Shown here: positions 29,838 through 38,354 of the stretch, piece by piece
How the letters are laid out: each line of letters begins with the position of its first letter
Position numbering within the stretch: position 1 is the stretch's first letter
Source: Pseudomonas phage PaBG
Strand: one strand, 5' to 3'
Sequence record: KF147891.1
DNA: 64,000 bases
Notes under the pieces: model-generated
Database searches by the model: none
Seen by the model: the letters and a program-made list of their open reading frames with translations, nothing else
Told to the model about the DNA's origin: nothing
Translations under genes and position numbers: made by a program

Positions 29838-29870
29838 AAACGAAAAAAGGCGACCCGGAGGCCGCCTTTC
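29838..29870 (-). terminator. intrinsic terminator after the HAD gene
   Basis: Minus-strand RNA AAAGGCGGCC-UCCG-GGUCGCCUUU (10-bp stem) followed by UUUUCGUUUCC. Confidence 0.55.
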
Positions 29871-29876
29871 ATTGCG

Positions 29877-30347
29877 TCATGTTTCGCTCTTGTGTTTAGA
29901 CTCCAAAGCCCAATGTCGGTGTTCGCGCCATCCGATGGTTTCAGCAACTCGGAGTAACGCAACCACGTCCATGCCATTCGCCGGATCGCACTTCACCCAC
30001 TTCGACGAATCGATAGGTGGAGCGCAATGCTCGTCGTCCAGCACCAGATAGTCTTCAGGATTGTCGTGCCTATCCAACCACGCAGCAATCTCGTTATGCC
30101 TGCCGTCAATGTGGTCGCCAGTTGACCAGTCATCATGAAGCGTGCAGAGTATCCCGCGATCCTGCAGGTGCTTCTGCATACGTTCACGCGACTTGCCTTT
30201 GCGGACTGTCGAACTCACCACCACTCGCACGCGTGGTAATGCGAACAATTGATTCAAGACCGCAACAGCGACCGGGTCCGAGACCATACCCGCTAAATCT
30301 GAGCGCGGGTGGACGAACACTCCATCCTGATCGAGGAAGACTATCAT
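29877..30347 (-). CDS. HAD-superfamily phosphatase (small nucleotidase/phosphatase type)
   Basis: Motif I MIVFLDQDGV (DxDG). Motif II VVVSST. Lys in RKGK. Motif IV LVLDDEH. Confidence 0.5.
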   Translation of the reverse strand: MIVFLDQDGVFVHPRSDLAGMVSDPVAVAVLNQLFALPRVRVVVSSTVRKGKSRERMQKHLQDRGILCTLHDDWSTGDHIDGRHNEIAAWLDRHDNPEDYLVLDDEHCAPPIDSSKWVKCDPANGMDVVALLRVAETIGWREHRHWALESKHKSET

Positions 30348-30787
30348 CTACCTAGTGCCTTTGCCATGTTCGTGAGGACGGTTTTGAAGTCGCCCTCGTG
30401 GGCGTAGTTGAAATACACTACGGAGTTTCGTTCCGCAATGAAGGAGACCTTCATCTTGGGCTTCGGAACTGCTCTCACTGGACGCGGCATCCACGGCGGC
30501 GGCGTAATACGCATCACCGTGGACGTCGGCCAGACCTCGAACTGGAAGGTGTAGGTACACTCGTCCTTCTGCGGCGTTGCGAATCGGAACACTACCAGGA
30601 GTGCAGGACTCTTCGCCTCGAGGGTGTCCACGACGACCGCAGGCTGCTGAATCAGCGAACCTTCGATCTGGACATCCTTGAACAAGGCGTGGGCCATGTT
30701 GCGGAGCGCAATCTTTTCAAAGTCTCGAATAGACGACTTGACGACCACGTCCTGAACGACGGTGTTTATTGAACTAAGGGAATACAC
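30344..30787 (-). CDS. hypothetical protein (147 aa)
   Basis: Minus-strand ORF. Confidence 0.4.
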   Translation of the reverse strand: MYSLSSINTVVQDVVVKSSIRDFEKIALRNMAHALFKDVQIEGSLIQQPAVVVDTLEAKSPALLVVFRFATPQKDECTYTFQFEVWPTSTVMRITPPPWMPRPVRAVPKPKMKVSFIAERNSVVYFNYAHEGDFKTVLTNMAKALGR

Positions 30788-30808
30788 GGTCTACTCCATG
30801 CCGTTGTT

Positions 30809-31240
30809 TTACGGAGCAGGCTCTTCAGGAACCGGAATGAAGAACAGGACTACGTGACCTGCACTCGCTTCGAGCACCGTGATGGTAACCGTATTGGCTG
30901 CCACCACGATTTCGTCCGGCGTGAACGCCTTGCCATCCGCATCATATACGCTCACGGAGACGTTTACATTATTGCGGTTGTGAGTGATGGTCCACGTGGT
31001 CGCCGGAGTTTCCTGAACGAACGAAACGGCATCTGCACCAGTACCGCCAGCACCAGCAGCGACACCTTGCAGCACGCCGTCCTTCATACCCAGGACTTGC
31101 CCTTCACCGAGCACCACACCTTGCAGTTGACGAGGGCCCGCACCGCGACGAACGATCACGGACTCCTCTTGCACGTCTGCTGCCATCCAAGGACGCTTGG
31201 GGAGTTCCAGCTGGATGAAGTCTTCGAATGGATTGGCCAT
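30809..31240 (-). CDS. hypothetical protein (143 aa), possibly a structural partner of the fibre
   Basis: 1-nt overlap with the fibre-like gene. Confidence 0.3.
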   Translation of the reverse strand: MANPFEDFIQLELPKRPWMAADVQEESVIVRRGAGPRQLQGVVLGEGQVLGMKDGVLQGVAAGAGGTGADAVSFVQETPATTWTITHNRNNVNVSVSVYDADGKAFTPDEIVVAANTVTITVLEASAGHVVLFFIPVPEEPAP

Positions 31241-32865
31241 TACAGGGTCTCCTCAACAAGAACTTGCAGGGTACCCGAAGTGTTGGAGCCAGCGAACGCA
31301 GCATCATTGAGGAACAGATGCGTACCGTTCGCGTCAAACACACCGCCGGAGTTGACGATGGTGAACGCAGCGGCCACGTCGGTGGTGTCCGAACGACGGG
31401 TGAGGTCGGTGCCCTGGCCGTTGTAGCGAGCACGCACTTTGGTGAAGTCCACGACGCTGGTACCAATTGCCATGAAGCGGGCGAAGGCGTCGAAGGTGAT
31501 TGCACGCTCAACGAAGCCGCCGATGGTGAAGTTGCCGTTGGCTGGGCTTTCAGCATTGGCCAGGTTGGTCAGCGTAGCGTCAACGGCAGTCACGCCGCGA
31601 GCGTCGGAGTCACGGATGAGCACCTGACGCGAGTACACGCCACCAGCGAAGCTCCAGTTGCCGGAGAACTCGCCTGCGGCGAGGACAACGACCGGTTCGC
31701 TCGCCAGTTCTTGGTTGGGCTGAACGCGCAGAGTGTACGCATTGCCAGCTTCGGAAGAGCGCAGACGCGACGGGTTGCCGAGGATGCTGATGGTTGCAGT
31801 AGCTGCGGCTTCGGCAATCTTGATGATGCCTTGACGCGAGGCGACCGCACCGTTCGACGCCTTGGTGGCCGTGACGGTGTAGTTGTTGGTGACGAAGTAC
31901 GTACCGTTGTTGAGGGTGACGTCCTTGCTGACGGCGTACACTTCCGGATCGGTGATCGACGCATCCTGGCCAGCAGCCGAGAACGAGTACGACACGCTGT
32001 CGGCACCGGTGACGGTAGCGCTGACTTGCGCGGTATCGCCGATGGTCAGTGCAGCTTGACCGTTCGGGTAGTTCACCGAGATGGTGCTGATGGTCGGTAC
32101 GGCCTGGTTCAGAGTGATGCTGTTGTCGGAGACTTTGACGGCACCGTCGGTACCCAGAGCGTTCTGTGCGGTGAGCGATACCGCTTGCGAGCCAGTACGG
32201 TTCGCCACGACAAACGTGCCGCTGAAGGTCTTGAAGCCTGCGCCTGCGCTGTCATTCGCACCGAAGGTGGAAATGTTGCCGGAGGCAGCAGCACCCGAGT
32301 TGGCGACGGCGATAGACACGGCACCGTTGGCCACGACGCCGGTGATCGGCATAACGTCGCCTGCTTTGGCTTCGGTCTGGCTGCCCGGGTAGGCGCCGAT
32401 GGTCGCAGTGGAGATCACAGGACCTTCGGTAGCTACGGTCAGGGTCACCGTGTAGGTAGCACCAGTGTCGGACTCTACGGTGATGTCACCGCTCTCAGCC
32501 ATCACGATGTCTGCCGTACCCTGGAACAGATCGTTACCGCCAGCTACGGCAGTGAAGTTGGCGATGGCCGTGCCGTTCACAGTCACGTTGGGTGCCAGGA
32601 ACAACGCACCTTGAGCGAGTACAGTCACGCGGACGTTCTCGGTGTCGGATACGGCGCTGACCAGCAGCTTGTTGGCGGGAACCGTGGGTGCGTAGACTTT
32701 CTGGGCAACAATGCCAGAACCCGACGGTACGATGTCTGCAACGAACGCGGGCTTCACAGGCGCGCGAGCGTCGAGGTCTTGAAGACGCACACCGTGACTC
32801 GGGTCGCTAGGCGCCTTAGTCAAAGTGAGGTCACCAATGACCTTGGGATTGTGGATTTCAGGCAT
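31240..32865 (-). CDS. tail fibre-like protein with Ig-like repeats
   Basis: 541 aa. Repeated Thr/Ser/Val/Ala-rich beta-strand units (TVTLTVATEGPVISTATIG..., VTATKASNGAVASRQG...). AGGAGA Shine-Dalgarno. Preceded by a terminator. Confidence 0.45.
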   Translation of the reverse strand: MPEIHNPKVIGDLTLTKAPSDPSHGVRLQDLDARAPVKPAFVADIVPSGSGIVAQKVYAPTVPANKLLVSAVSDTENVRVTVLAQGALFLAPNVTVNGTAIANFTAVAGGNDLFQGTADIVMAESGDITVESDTGATYTVTLTVATEGPVISTATIGAYPGSQTEAKAGDVMPITGVVANGAVSIAVANSGAAASGNISTFGANDSAGAGFKTFSGTFVVANRTGSQAVSLTAQNALGTDGAVKVSDNSITLNQAVPTISTISVNYPNGQAALTIGDTAQVSATVTGADSVSYSFSAAGQDASITDPEVYAVSKDVTLNNGTYFVTNNYTVTATKASNGAVASRQGIIKIAEAAATATISILGNPSRLRSSEAGNAYTLRVQPNQELASEPVVVLAAGEFSGNWSFAGGVYSRQVLIRDSDARGVTAVDATLTNLANAESPANGNFTIGGFVERAITFDAFARFMAIGTSVVDFTKVRARYNGQGTDLTRRSDTTDVAAAFTIVNSGGVFDANGTHLFLNDAAFAGSNTSGTLQVLVEETL

Positions 32866-32917
32866 GAAAAGCTCTCCTGTCGAGGTCGTAGTGGAATACT
32901 ACACCAGTAAATTACGA

Positions 32918-32956
32918 CAGGTAAAACAAAAAGACCCAGCCGAAGCCAGGTCTTTT
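32918..32956 (-). terminator. intrinsic terminator upstream of the fibre gene
   Basis: Minus-strand RNA AAGACCUGGC-UUCG-GCUGGGUCUU (10-bp stem including G-U pairs, UUCG tetraloop) followed by UUUUUGUUUUACC. Confidence 0.55.
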
Positions 32957-32960
32957 GGTG

Positions 32961-33326
32961 TTAGCCTTTCAGCGTAACGACGATGCGGATGCCGGACTGC
33001 GTGAGCTCCGTCGGAACATCCGTCAGCAGCTTGTGCAGGCTTTCTTCGACTTCGGACATCTGATCAAACAGTCGTTGGCGCTCGATCTGGGTCGTTGCTC
33101 GTTCCAGGTCCTGCTTCAACCGAAGGTTCTTTTGCTCCAGATCACGCTGCTTGACATCGCGCTGCACGATGTAGTCACCCAGGAACTGCTTTGCTTCGGC
33201 ATGCGCCAGCAGCGCTTGGAGTTCCGGGCGAGTCAGGTGGATCGCTTTGACCGTGGAGCGGGAGTTCATGCAGCTTTGCAGCAACTGGCGAAACTCCTGG
33301 CTGATGTCATTGTAGACGATACGCAT
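32961..33326 (-). CDS. hypothetical protein (121 aa), coiled-coil-like
   Basis: Minus-strand ORF. Confidence 0.4.
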   Translation of the reverse strand: MRIVYNDISQEFRQLLQSCMNSRSTVKAIHLTRPELQALLAHAEAKQFLGDYIVQRDVKQRDLEQKNLRLKQDLERATTQIERQRLFDQMSEVEESLHKLLTDVPTELTQSGIRIVVTLKG

Positions 33327-33329
33327 TGG

Positions 33330-33512
33330 CTACCTCAGGTAAGTCGAAGGGTTTTCGGAGAGATACCGCGACTTCGGCTTACCGAGGAGCGGCTTGCGCT
33401 TGACGAACATGGAGTGGCGTTGTGCGTGTACCGTACCCAGAGGATCGGATTGCTTGACACCCCAAATCAAGTCGCCGGAAAGGAAACTACGAGAACTGAA
33501 CTCACTCGCCAT
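33330..33512 (-). CDS. hypothetical small ORF (60 aa)
   Basis: Only ORF filling the 175-bp gap between neighbours. Confidence 0.2.
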   Translation of the reverse strand: MASEFSSRSFLSGDLIWGVKQSDPLGTVHAQRHSMFVKRKPLLGKPKSRYLSENPSTYLR

Positions 33513-33822
33513 GATTTTGCTCCCAGGTTAGGCCAACTTTATCAGCCTTCTGTGTGTACACGGAACCCATGCACACGTAATCGTCTTCCACCGTGTGCGA
33601 GGAGTCGTTCCAGATTTCCTCGATCTGGAATTGCTGCAGGTCTTTAACGATGCGCAATGCCAAACCGATATGCTGCTGTTCTGGCTGCATCGTGTCAAAC
33701 ACAGCAGCGCGAATCTGTTCGTCTGTCGCTGGCCACTTATCAATCTGCCACAGACTCAGGCCTTTGCCGAGTTCGTAGTAGGTCTTCTTCGTGTGGTTAA
33801 TCGCGTAGTAGAGCACACCCAT
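33502..33822 (-). CDS. hypothetical protein (106 aa)
   Basis: Minus-strand ORF. Confidence 0.4.
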   Translation of the reverse strand: MGVLYYAINHTKKTYYELGKGLSLWQIDKWPATDEQIRAAVFDTMQPEQQHIGLALRIVKDLQQFQIEEIWNDSSHTVEDDYVCMGSVYTQKADKVGLTWEQNHGE

Positions 33823-33831
33823 GATGACCTC

Positions 33832-34530
33832 TTAGTTGTGGCAGCCTCTGGCGCACTCGTCTCCAGTGAACACAGGTCTGCCCAAGCCTGTGCGCTGCTT
33901 TGGATCACGGGCATCACACCGAGCTATGTATCCGTGGATGGCGGCGTACACGTCCGTGAACGACTCGCCGTTCGGGATTCCATTGACTCCGTACCAGTAA
34001 ACGCAGTATTCACCGCGCTCGTAGCGAAGGAACACGTAGCCGTCGTCTTTGACGTGATCCATGCCCTTGGTAACAAGGCAATGCAGAACATCACGAATGT
34101 CGGGATCGTTGGATGTCCAGGGCGTTCGTGAGATAAAGGCGCGCGTCGCTTTACGCAGTTGCTCGCTCGTCGGAGGGATCGGGCGTACCCACTTCTTCCG
34201 CCGATAGTCATATCCAACGGCAGAGTAAAATTCCCAGATAGACGAATGCACGAACATTGGCAACTGGCGTCTCGGATTGACCTCTGGGGCATATACTCGA
34301 TCCCCGCCTTGCATATCGATTTCCCACTCACTCTCTGTACGAAGAGACACACGATAGCCTTGAATCCTACCGAGGAATGCCAGCTTGGCATTCCGCTCGC
34401 TGAATGCGTTGTAGCTGCCGATTGCCCGATAATGGCTTTGCTCAGGCGTGGGCTCCATGGTGAACTTGTGGACTTCTACTTCATCACCATGCAGCCAGAC
34501 GAGTGCGTAGTACCAACGTGGCTCTATCAT
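33832..34530 (-). CDS. hypothetical protein (232 aa), paralog of the following gene
   Basis: IWEFYSAVGYDYRRKKWVRP resembles LAEFYHAIRYDIKRKRFLKD in 34527..34926. Confidence 0.4.
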   Translation of the reverse strand: MIEPRWYYALVWLHGDEVEVHKFTMEPTPEQSHYRAIGSYNAFSERNAKLAFLGRIQGYRVSLRTESEWEIDMQGGDRVYAPEVNPRRQLPMFVHSSIWEFYSAVGYDYRRKKWVRPIPPTSEQLRKATRAFISRTPWTSNDPDIRDVLHCLVTKGMDHVKDDGYVFLRYERGEYCVYWYGVNGIPNGESFTDVYAAIHGYIARCDARDPKQRTGLGRPVFTGDECARGCHN

Positions 34531-34926
34531 GGCTTGAAGTCCTCACCGTCTTTCAGGAAGCGCTTGCGTTTGATGTCGTAGCGAATGGCGTGGTAGAACT
34601 CAGCAAGGTTCGCGTGCTTGAACCGCGGCAGGTCTGCGAACATGAGCGGCAGCTCCATAGCGAACACTGCGTCGACCTCTGCCCAATTCGTGCGAACGCT
34701 CTTAAACGTCGCGGGCAACTGCCACCCATTGCCTGCCTTCTGCGACTTCGCCAACTGTGCAGAAAAGGCTCTGCGCATTCGCTGACGGAACGCACTGTAC
34801 GAGCGATAAGTGTTGTTGACACCATTGACTCGCCCAAACGGAGGCAGCTCAAAGAAATGGAGTTCCTTGTGCTTACCTCCTACGGAGACTATGGCGTAGA
34901 TGGTGTTCTCGGTGAACTGTTCTTCC
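34527..34926 (-). CDS. hypothetical protein (~133 aa; internal start MEEQFTEN), paralog of 33832..34530
   Basis: The track ORF overlaps the spike gene by 125 nt. The ATG at ~34926 has AAGGAGA 6 nt upstream. Confidence 0.35.
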
Positions 34927-34938
34927 ATGTTGGTCTCC

Positions 34939-35748
34939 TTAACCGTTGGTCTCGGAGCGCGCACATTCGATCCGATGAACTTGCGCAATTTTCTCGAAGC
35001 GGTTCTTGCCAACGACCAGCATATCGTTGCCGTTGATGACAGTCTTGCGGTTGCCCTCGACAAGCATCGTCTGGTCGCCAGTGACGTGGATGTGGCGGTT
35101 ACCAGCTTGTGCTGGACCGAGCAAACCAGTGAACTCGATTTCCTTGGCAGGCTTCGGCGACAGGCGGCTGAGCACCGTATCAGGTGCGTTCAGCAGATAG
35201 CCGGAAATCAAACCCTTGGTGTCGGAGACGACGAGCTGCTGGTTGCCGACGATGTACTGGTTAACGTCACCCAGGATCGTGATGTCCACGTCGCCTGGGT
35301 TGTTGAAGAAGATTTCGTTGGTCTTTGTATCGATGATGATGTACATGCCGTTGCTGAACTTCACAACGGCGCGGTCTGGGTAGTTCTTCTTGCGTTCAGG
35401 AAGAGCCACCTGCTCATCGACGGTGTACGGACCCCAGACACACCGATGCGGGTCAGCAGTTGGGAAGCGCAGACCTACCTTGTGCTTGTTCTTCGGTACC
35501 ATGAACGTACCGGCGCGATCCGTTGCATCGCCTCCCGGGTTGTATGCACCATCAGCGTGATGATACATAGGAACAGCCCAAGGCAGATGATCGTCAGGGA
35601 TGCCATCAAACACCCCGTCAATACGAGCCTGTATGCGACCGAGTTGTCGGGGATCGTTGTTATTAACCACATGTGCTTCATAGGTCATCTTTGGGTCAAG
35701 CCCCTGTTGGGACATGAACCGAGTAATGTTGAGTGGGCCACCAGCCAT
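34939..35748 (-). CDS. baseplate central spike protein (gpV/gp5-like: OB-fold plus beta-helix)
   Basis: N-terminal LGRIQARIDGVFDGIPDDHLPWAVP (gp5/VgrG OB-fold-like). C-terminal repeated HVTGDQTMLVEGNRKTVINGNDMLVVGKNR beta-helix units. Confidence 0.5.
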   Translation of the reverse strand: MAGGPLNITRFMSQQGLDPKMTYEAHVVNNNDPRQLGRIQARIDGVFDGIPDDHLPWAVPMYHHADGAYNPGGDATDRAGTFMVPKNKHKVGLRFPTADPHRCVWGPYTVDEQVALPERKKNYPDRAVVKFSNGMYIIIDTKTNEIFFNNPGDVDITILGDVNQYIVGNQQLVVSDTKGLISGYLLNAPDTVLSRLSPKPAKEIEFTGLLGPAQAGNRHIHVTGDQTMLVEGNRKTVINGNDMLVVGKNRFEKIAQVHRIECARSETNG

Positions 35749-35960
35749 TATCGCACCATTTCGACAGTGGCGATCAAGTCGTCAATGTCGCCTTTAAGGA
35801 CGTACTCTTTCAGGTTGTTGAGCACGGCCTCATACAGCGTTTGGTCGGCACGGGCAGTCTCAACGAGTTTGGCAGTTGCCAGGGAGAACTGCCCTTCCTG
35901 TATCAGGTTCGACACTTGGCGGGTGAGTTCTAGTACGGCATTCGCAGATTCAGCAGTCAT
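35748..35960 (-). CDS. hypothetical small helical protein (70 aa)
   Basis: Minus-strand ORF sharing 1 nt with the spike gene. Confidence 0.3.
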   Translation of the reverse strand: MTAESANAVLELTRQVSNLIQEGQFSLATAKLVETARADQTLYEAVLNNLKEYVLKGDIDDLIATVEMVR

Positions 35961-36592
35961 GATGCTTCCAATTCCATAGCGTCACAGGTGACAAAGGCTT
36001 TTCGCCGATGCCGGACGACGTTCACGATGCACACGTCGAAGCCGTGTGCCATGCCGATCGTGTGCAACACGCGCTCGAACGATGCTCTGATCGTTGGATG
36101 CGCCAGATTGTCTGGAGTGAACTTGGCGAGTTCGCCTGTACGAATCTTCGACCGATACACGCGGTCCAGTACGTCTTCGCCCGTATGGATGATCAACGGG
36201 TTTCGGCTGGACGGTAGTTGCAAGTAGTCGCTCATTGGCTCGGAGTTCGCAGGTGTAACAAACACGCTGCGCAAGCCCGGAAGGCGCACGTCAAAGTCTT
36301 CGTAGTTCTCGCTCACGGAACCCATATACAGGCGCAAGGCATGTTTCAGGATTCGTTTCTTGTTGTGCTTTCGTCGGCACGCCAAAAACATGACGGCCAG
36401 ATTCTCAGGCAACGCCAGGAAGGACACGTTCCTGGACTGCAAATAGTCCATGATGACCTTACGGCGATGCACCATGTCGTAAAAGATGGAAGCATAGACG
36501 TCGGTCGTGACGAATATCGGTACGACCAACACATCGGCCGCCTGGAAGAGGTCGGCCGGATTGATCGGCTCGTAAATGATCTTGACCTGCAT
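35957..36592 (-). CDS. hypothetical protein (211 aa)
   Basis: Minus-strand ORF. Confidence 0.4.
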   Translation of the reverse strand: MQVKIIYEPINPADLFQAADVLVVPIFVTTDVYASIFYDMVHRRKVIMDYLQSRNVSFLALPENLAVMFLACRRKHNKKRILKHALRLYMGSVSENYEDFDVRLPGLRSVFVTPANSEPMSDYLQLPSSRNPLIIHTGEDVLDRVYRSKIRTGELAKFTPDNLAHPTIRASFERVLHTIGMAHGFDVCIVNVVRHRRKAFVTCDAMELEAS

Positions 36593-36624
36593 AGTTCTTC
36601 TCCCACCGGTCCTACTGCGGAGAA

Positions 36625-36647
36625 ATTACTTGCAGGTCAAGTAATTC
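36625..36647. promoter_or_regulatory. AT-rich perfect inverted repeat AATTACTTG-caggtc-CAAGTAATT (candidate operator)
   Basis: 9-bp perfect arms with 6-nt spacer in the 53-bp gap upstream of the 35957..36592 start. Too AT-rich and without a U-run for a typical terminator. Confidence 0.35.
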
Positions 36648-36984
36648 ACGGTGCAAAGTCGGCGATTACGTTCCAGATGATGCGCCCGCGTAAGTCCAGC
36701 GGCGCGGTTGCGTAGTTCCAATAGAAGCGGTCGGACGTCTCGTCTGATCGGCACTCCTCATCGCTCAACCCTTTGTAGGTGATGATGGCGATGTCACTGT
36801 TCATGTACTTCACGTACAGGCGGCGCTGCTCCTCAGTGAGCTTCGCTTCACACCGCGCGATCAGGTTGAGGTCATACGGCGTAGGCGATTCGGTTGGCGA
36901 CAGATCGTGCAGGACGTTCGCCAGAAGCCAAGCTACCTTCTCCTCTGTGGAATATTCGTGCCACTGTGTAACTGTCGAGGTCAT
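36646..36984 (-). CDS. hypothetical protein (112 aa)
   Basis: Minus-strand ORF in the accessory island. Confidence 0.4.
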   Translation of the reverse strand: MTSTVTQWHEYSTEEKVAWLLANVLHDLSPTESPTPYDLNLIARCEAKLTEEQRRLYVKYMNSDIAIITYKGLSDEECRSDETSDRFYWNYATAPLDLRGRIIWNVIADFAP

Positions 36985-37373
36985 TCTTCTGTCTCCCCGA
37001 TGTCGCCAGCCAGTACGGAGATGGCCTCTTTAAAGGCACCCCAGTCCATGAGACGTTGTGTGAATCGGCGAGCAACCTGCCCGACAGTAGCGTACACCAG
37101 CAAGGCGTCAAACTCGTTGGACACATGCGACAAGGGCGTGCGATGTTTGCCTTGTGAATCGCAGCGCACCATAGAAACTTCCATGGTGAACGCAGGCCCG
37201 TCTTCCACAAACGTCACACCCACTTTGAGGGTTTCGTTCGTGGTGTTGATCAGGAACGAACACTTGTGGCGAAGTTCATCCAGAGGGATTTTCGCCATGT
37301 CTTCGATGTGGAAGCTGTCCAACGCGGCACCCAGGGTGGTCACGTTAGTTTCTGTCTCGTTTGACTTCGGCAT
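36981..37373 (-). CDS. hypothetical protein (130 aa)
   Basis: Minus-strand ORF in the accessory island. Confidence 0.4.
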   Translation of the reverse strand: MPKSNETETNVTTLGAALDSFHIEDMAKIPLDELRHKCSFLINTTNETLKVGVTFVEDGPAFTMEVSMVRCDSQGKHRTPLSHVSNEFDALLVYATVGQVARRFTQRLMDWGAFKEAISVLAGDIGETEE

Positions 37374-37896
37374 AGAAGTACAACTCCTCTTGTTTCACAT
37401 GTGCCATGCGATACTTGGTAATCGCAACGCCCGGTCCTTTCTCATCGTCACGGTGCTCCATGAGCAGCTTGCCGTGGATGTTCTTACCGTCACCGTTGCG
37501 GCCAGTACCAAAATAATCGTCCCAGGGCGCGTCTTCGATCAACTTGGCGTTGCCGGTTTCAGTCAACCAACGCTGGAGTAGCGGGTTCTGATGGAACTGA
37601 TAGCGGATCGCTTCGCGCATGATGTCCTTGCGCCGAGCATCGAAGCCTTCGACAATCGGACAGCCGGATTTGGCGCTGCCAAAGTATTTCGCACGGCTGC
37701 CTTCACTGGCGTTGATGATCAGGCTACGGAACGCCTTGTCCTTGGTCTTGTGTGCTTGGTAATAGTGTTCGCGCGAACGGAACAGCACCAGCTTCTTACC
37801 CAAGGGAGCAATGAAGGGTGCTTGGAAGAACGCGCTCAACCATGCGTATTCGTACACACGGCTGTTGAAGCGAATCTCTTTAACCTTCTTGGCCAT
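37345..37896 (-). CDS. NADAR / YbiA-family (DUF1768) protein, probable start at MAKKVKEIRF
   Basis: Aligns along its length with E. coli YbiA: IRFNS..YEYAWLSAFFQAPF...REHYYQAHK (compare INFYS..GDFSNFAAWPI...SEHYFQAQK) and APWDDYFGTGRNGDGKNIHGKLLMEHR (compare DAYWGDGGHGKGKNRLGYLLMELR). Confidence 0.75.
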   Translation of the reverse strand: MAKKVKEIRFNSRVYEYAWLSAFFQAPFIAPLGKKLVLFRSREHYYQAHKTKDKAFRSLIINASEGSRAKYFGSAKSGCPIVEGFDARRKDIMREAIRYQFHQNPLLQRWLTETGNAKLIEDAPWDDYFGTGRNGDGKNIHGKLLMEHRDDEKGPGVAITKYRMAHVKQEELYFYAEVKRDRN

Positions 37897-38143
37897 CGAA
37901 CGGCTCCTCGTGCGCAACGGTGAGTTTGATTTGCACATGCTCCGCAGGCTTCAACACCTGAAGTTGCGTATTGGCTCCACGAAGTGCGCGTTCGCGGTTA
38001 AACGTGCCTCCGTTGCGGGTACAGCAGCCTTGGATAAAACCCACCAGCTTGGTTTGATCACCGCTCATTTCCGCATCTACGCGAAGGCGACGAATCTCTT
38101 CCAGATCGGCAGGAGTAACATAAACAACCATTGATTCGGACAT
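37880..38143 (-). CDS. hypothetical protein (~88 aa; start MSESMVVYV)
   Basis: Strong AAGGAGG Shine-Dalgarno 7 nt upstream of the internal ATG at ~38143. The track start at 38218 would run through the terminator. Confidence 0.4.
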   Translation of the reverse strand: MSESMVVYVTPADLEEIRRLRVDAEMSGDQTKLVGFIQGCCTRNGGTFNRERALRGANTQLQVLKPAEHVQIKLTVAHEEPFDGQEG

Positions 38144-38179
38144 GGGGAATCCTCCTTTGTGTAGTTTTACAGTTTCGGA

Positions 38180-38214
38180 GGCCAAAAAAAGGGCGACTAC
38201 CGTTAGGTAGCCAC
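38180..38214 (-). terminator. intrinsic terminator downstream of the portal gene
   Basis: Minus-strand RNA GGGUGGCUACC-UAAC-GGUAGUCGCCC (11-bp stem) followed immediately by UUUUUUU. Confidence 0.6.
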
Positions 38215-38242
38215 CCAAGTCGTAAGTCCCTCTCAGGACGAG

Positions 38243-38333
38243 CAGGCACGATCGGACGCGAAAGGAGTAACGCTCGCCGCCTTTCCGAAGCTCGCAGCAA
38301 CACCGGAAGTGGCGATTAACCGATCGTGCCTGC
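38243..38333. repeat. 91-bp element bounded by perfect 14-bp inverted repeats (GCAGGCACGATCGG ... CCGATCGTGCCTGC) with internal sub-hairpins
   Basis: Read directly from the sequence. The 63-nt interior contains GAAAGG...CCTTTC and other complementary segments. Located in the 211-bp gap 3' of the portal gene. Confidence 0.45.
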
Positions 38334-38354
38334 TCTTACTTCACGAAATTAGCA

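Noticed and set aside
38243-38333. Possible tRNA (long-variable-arm type) in the 91-nt palindromic element.
   Set aside because: No U8/A14 features, no D-loop GG or T-loop TTCRA motif. The 14-bp terminal pairing is incompatible with a 7-bp acceptor stem.
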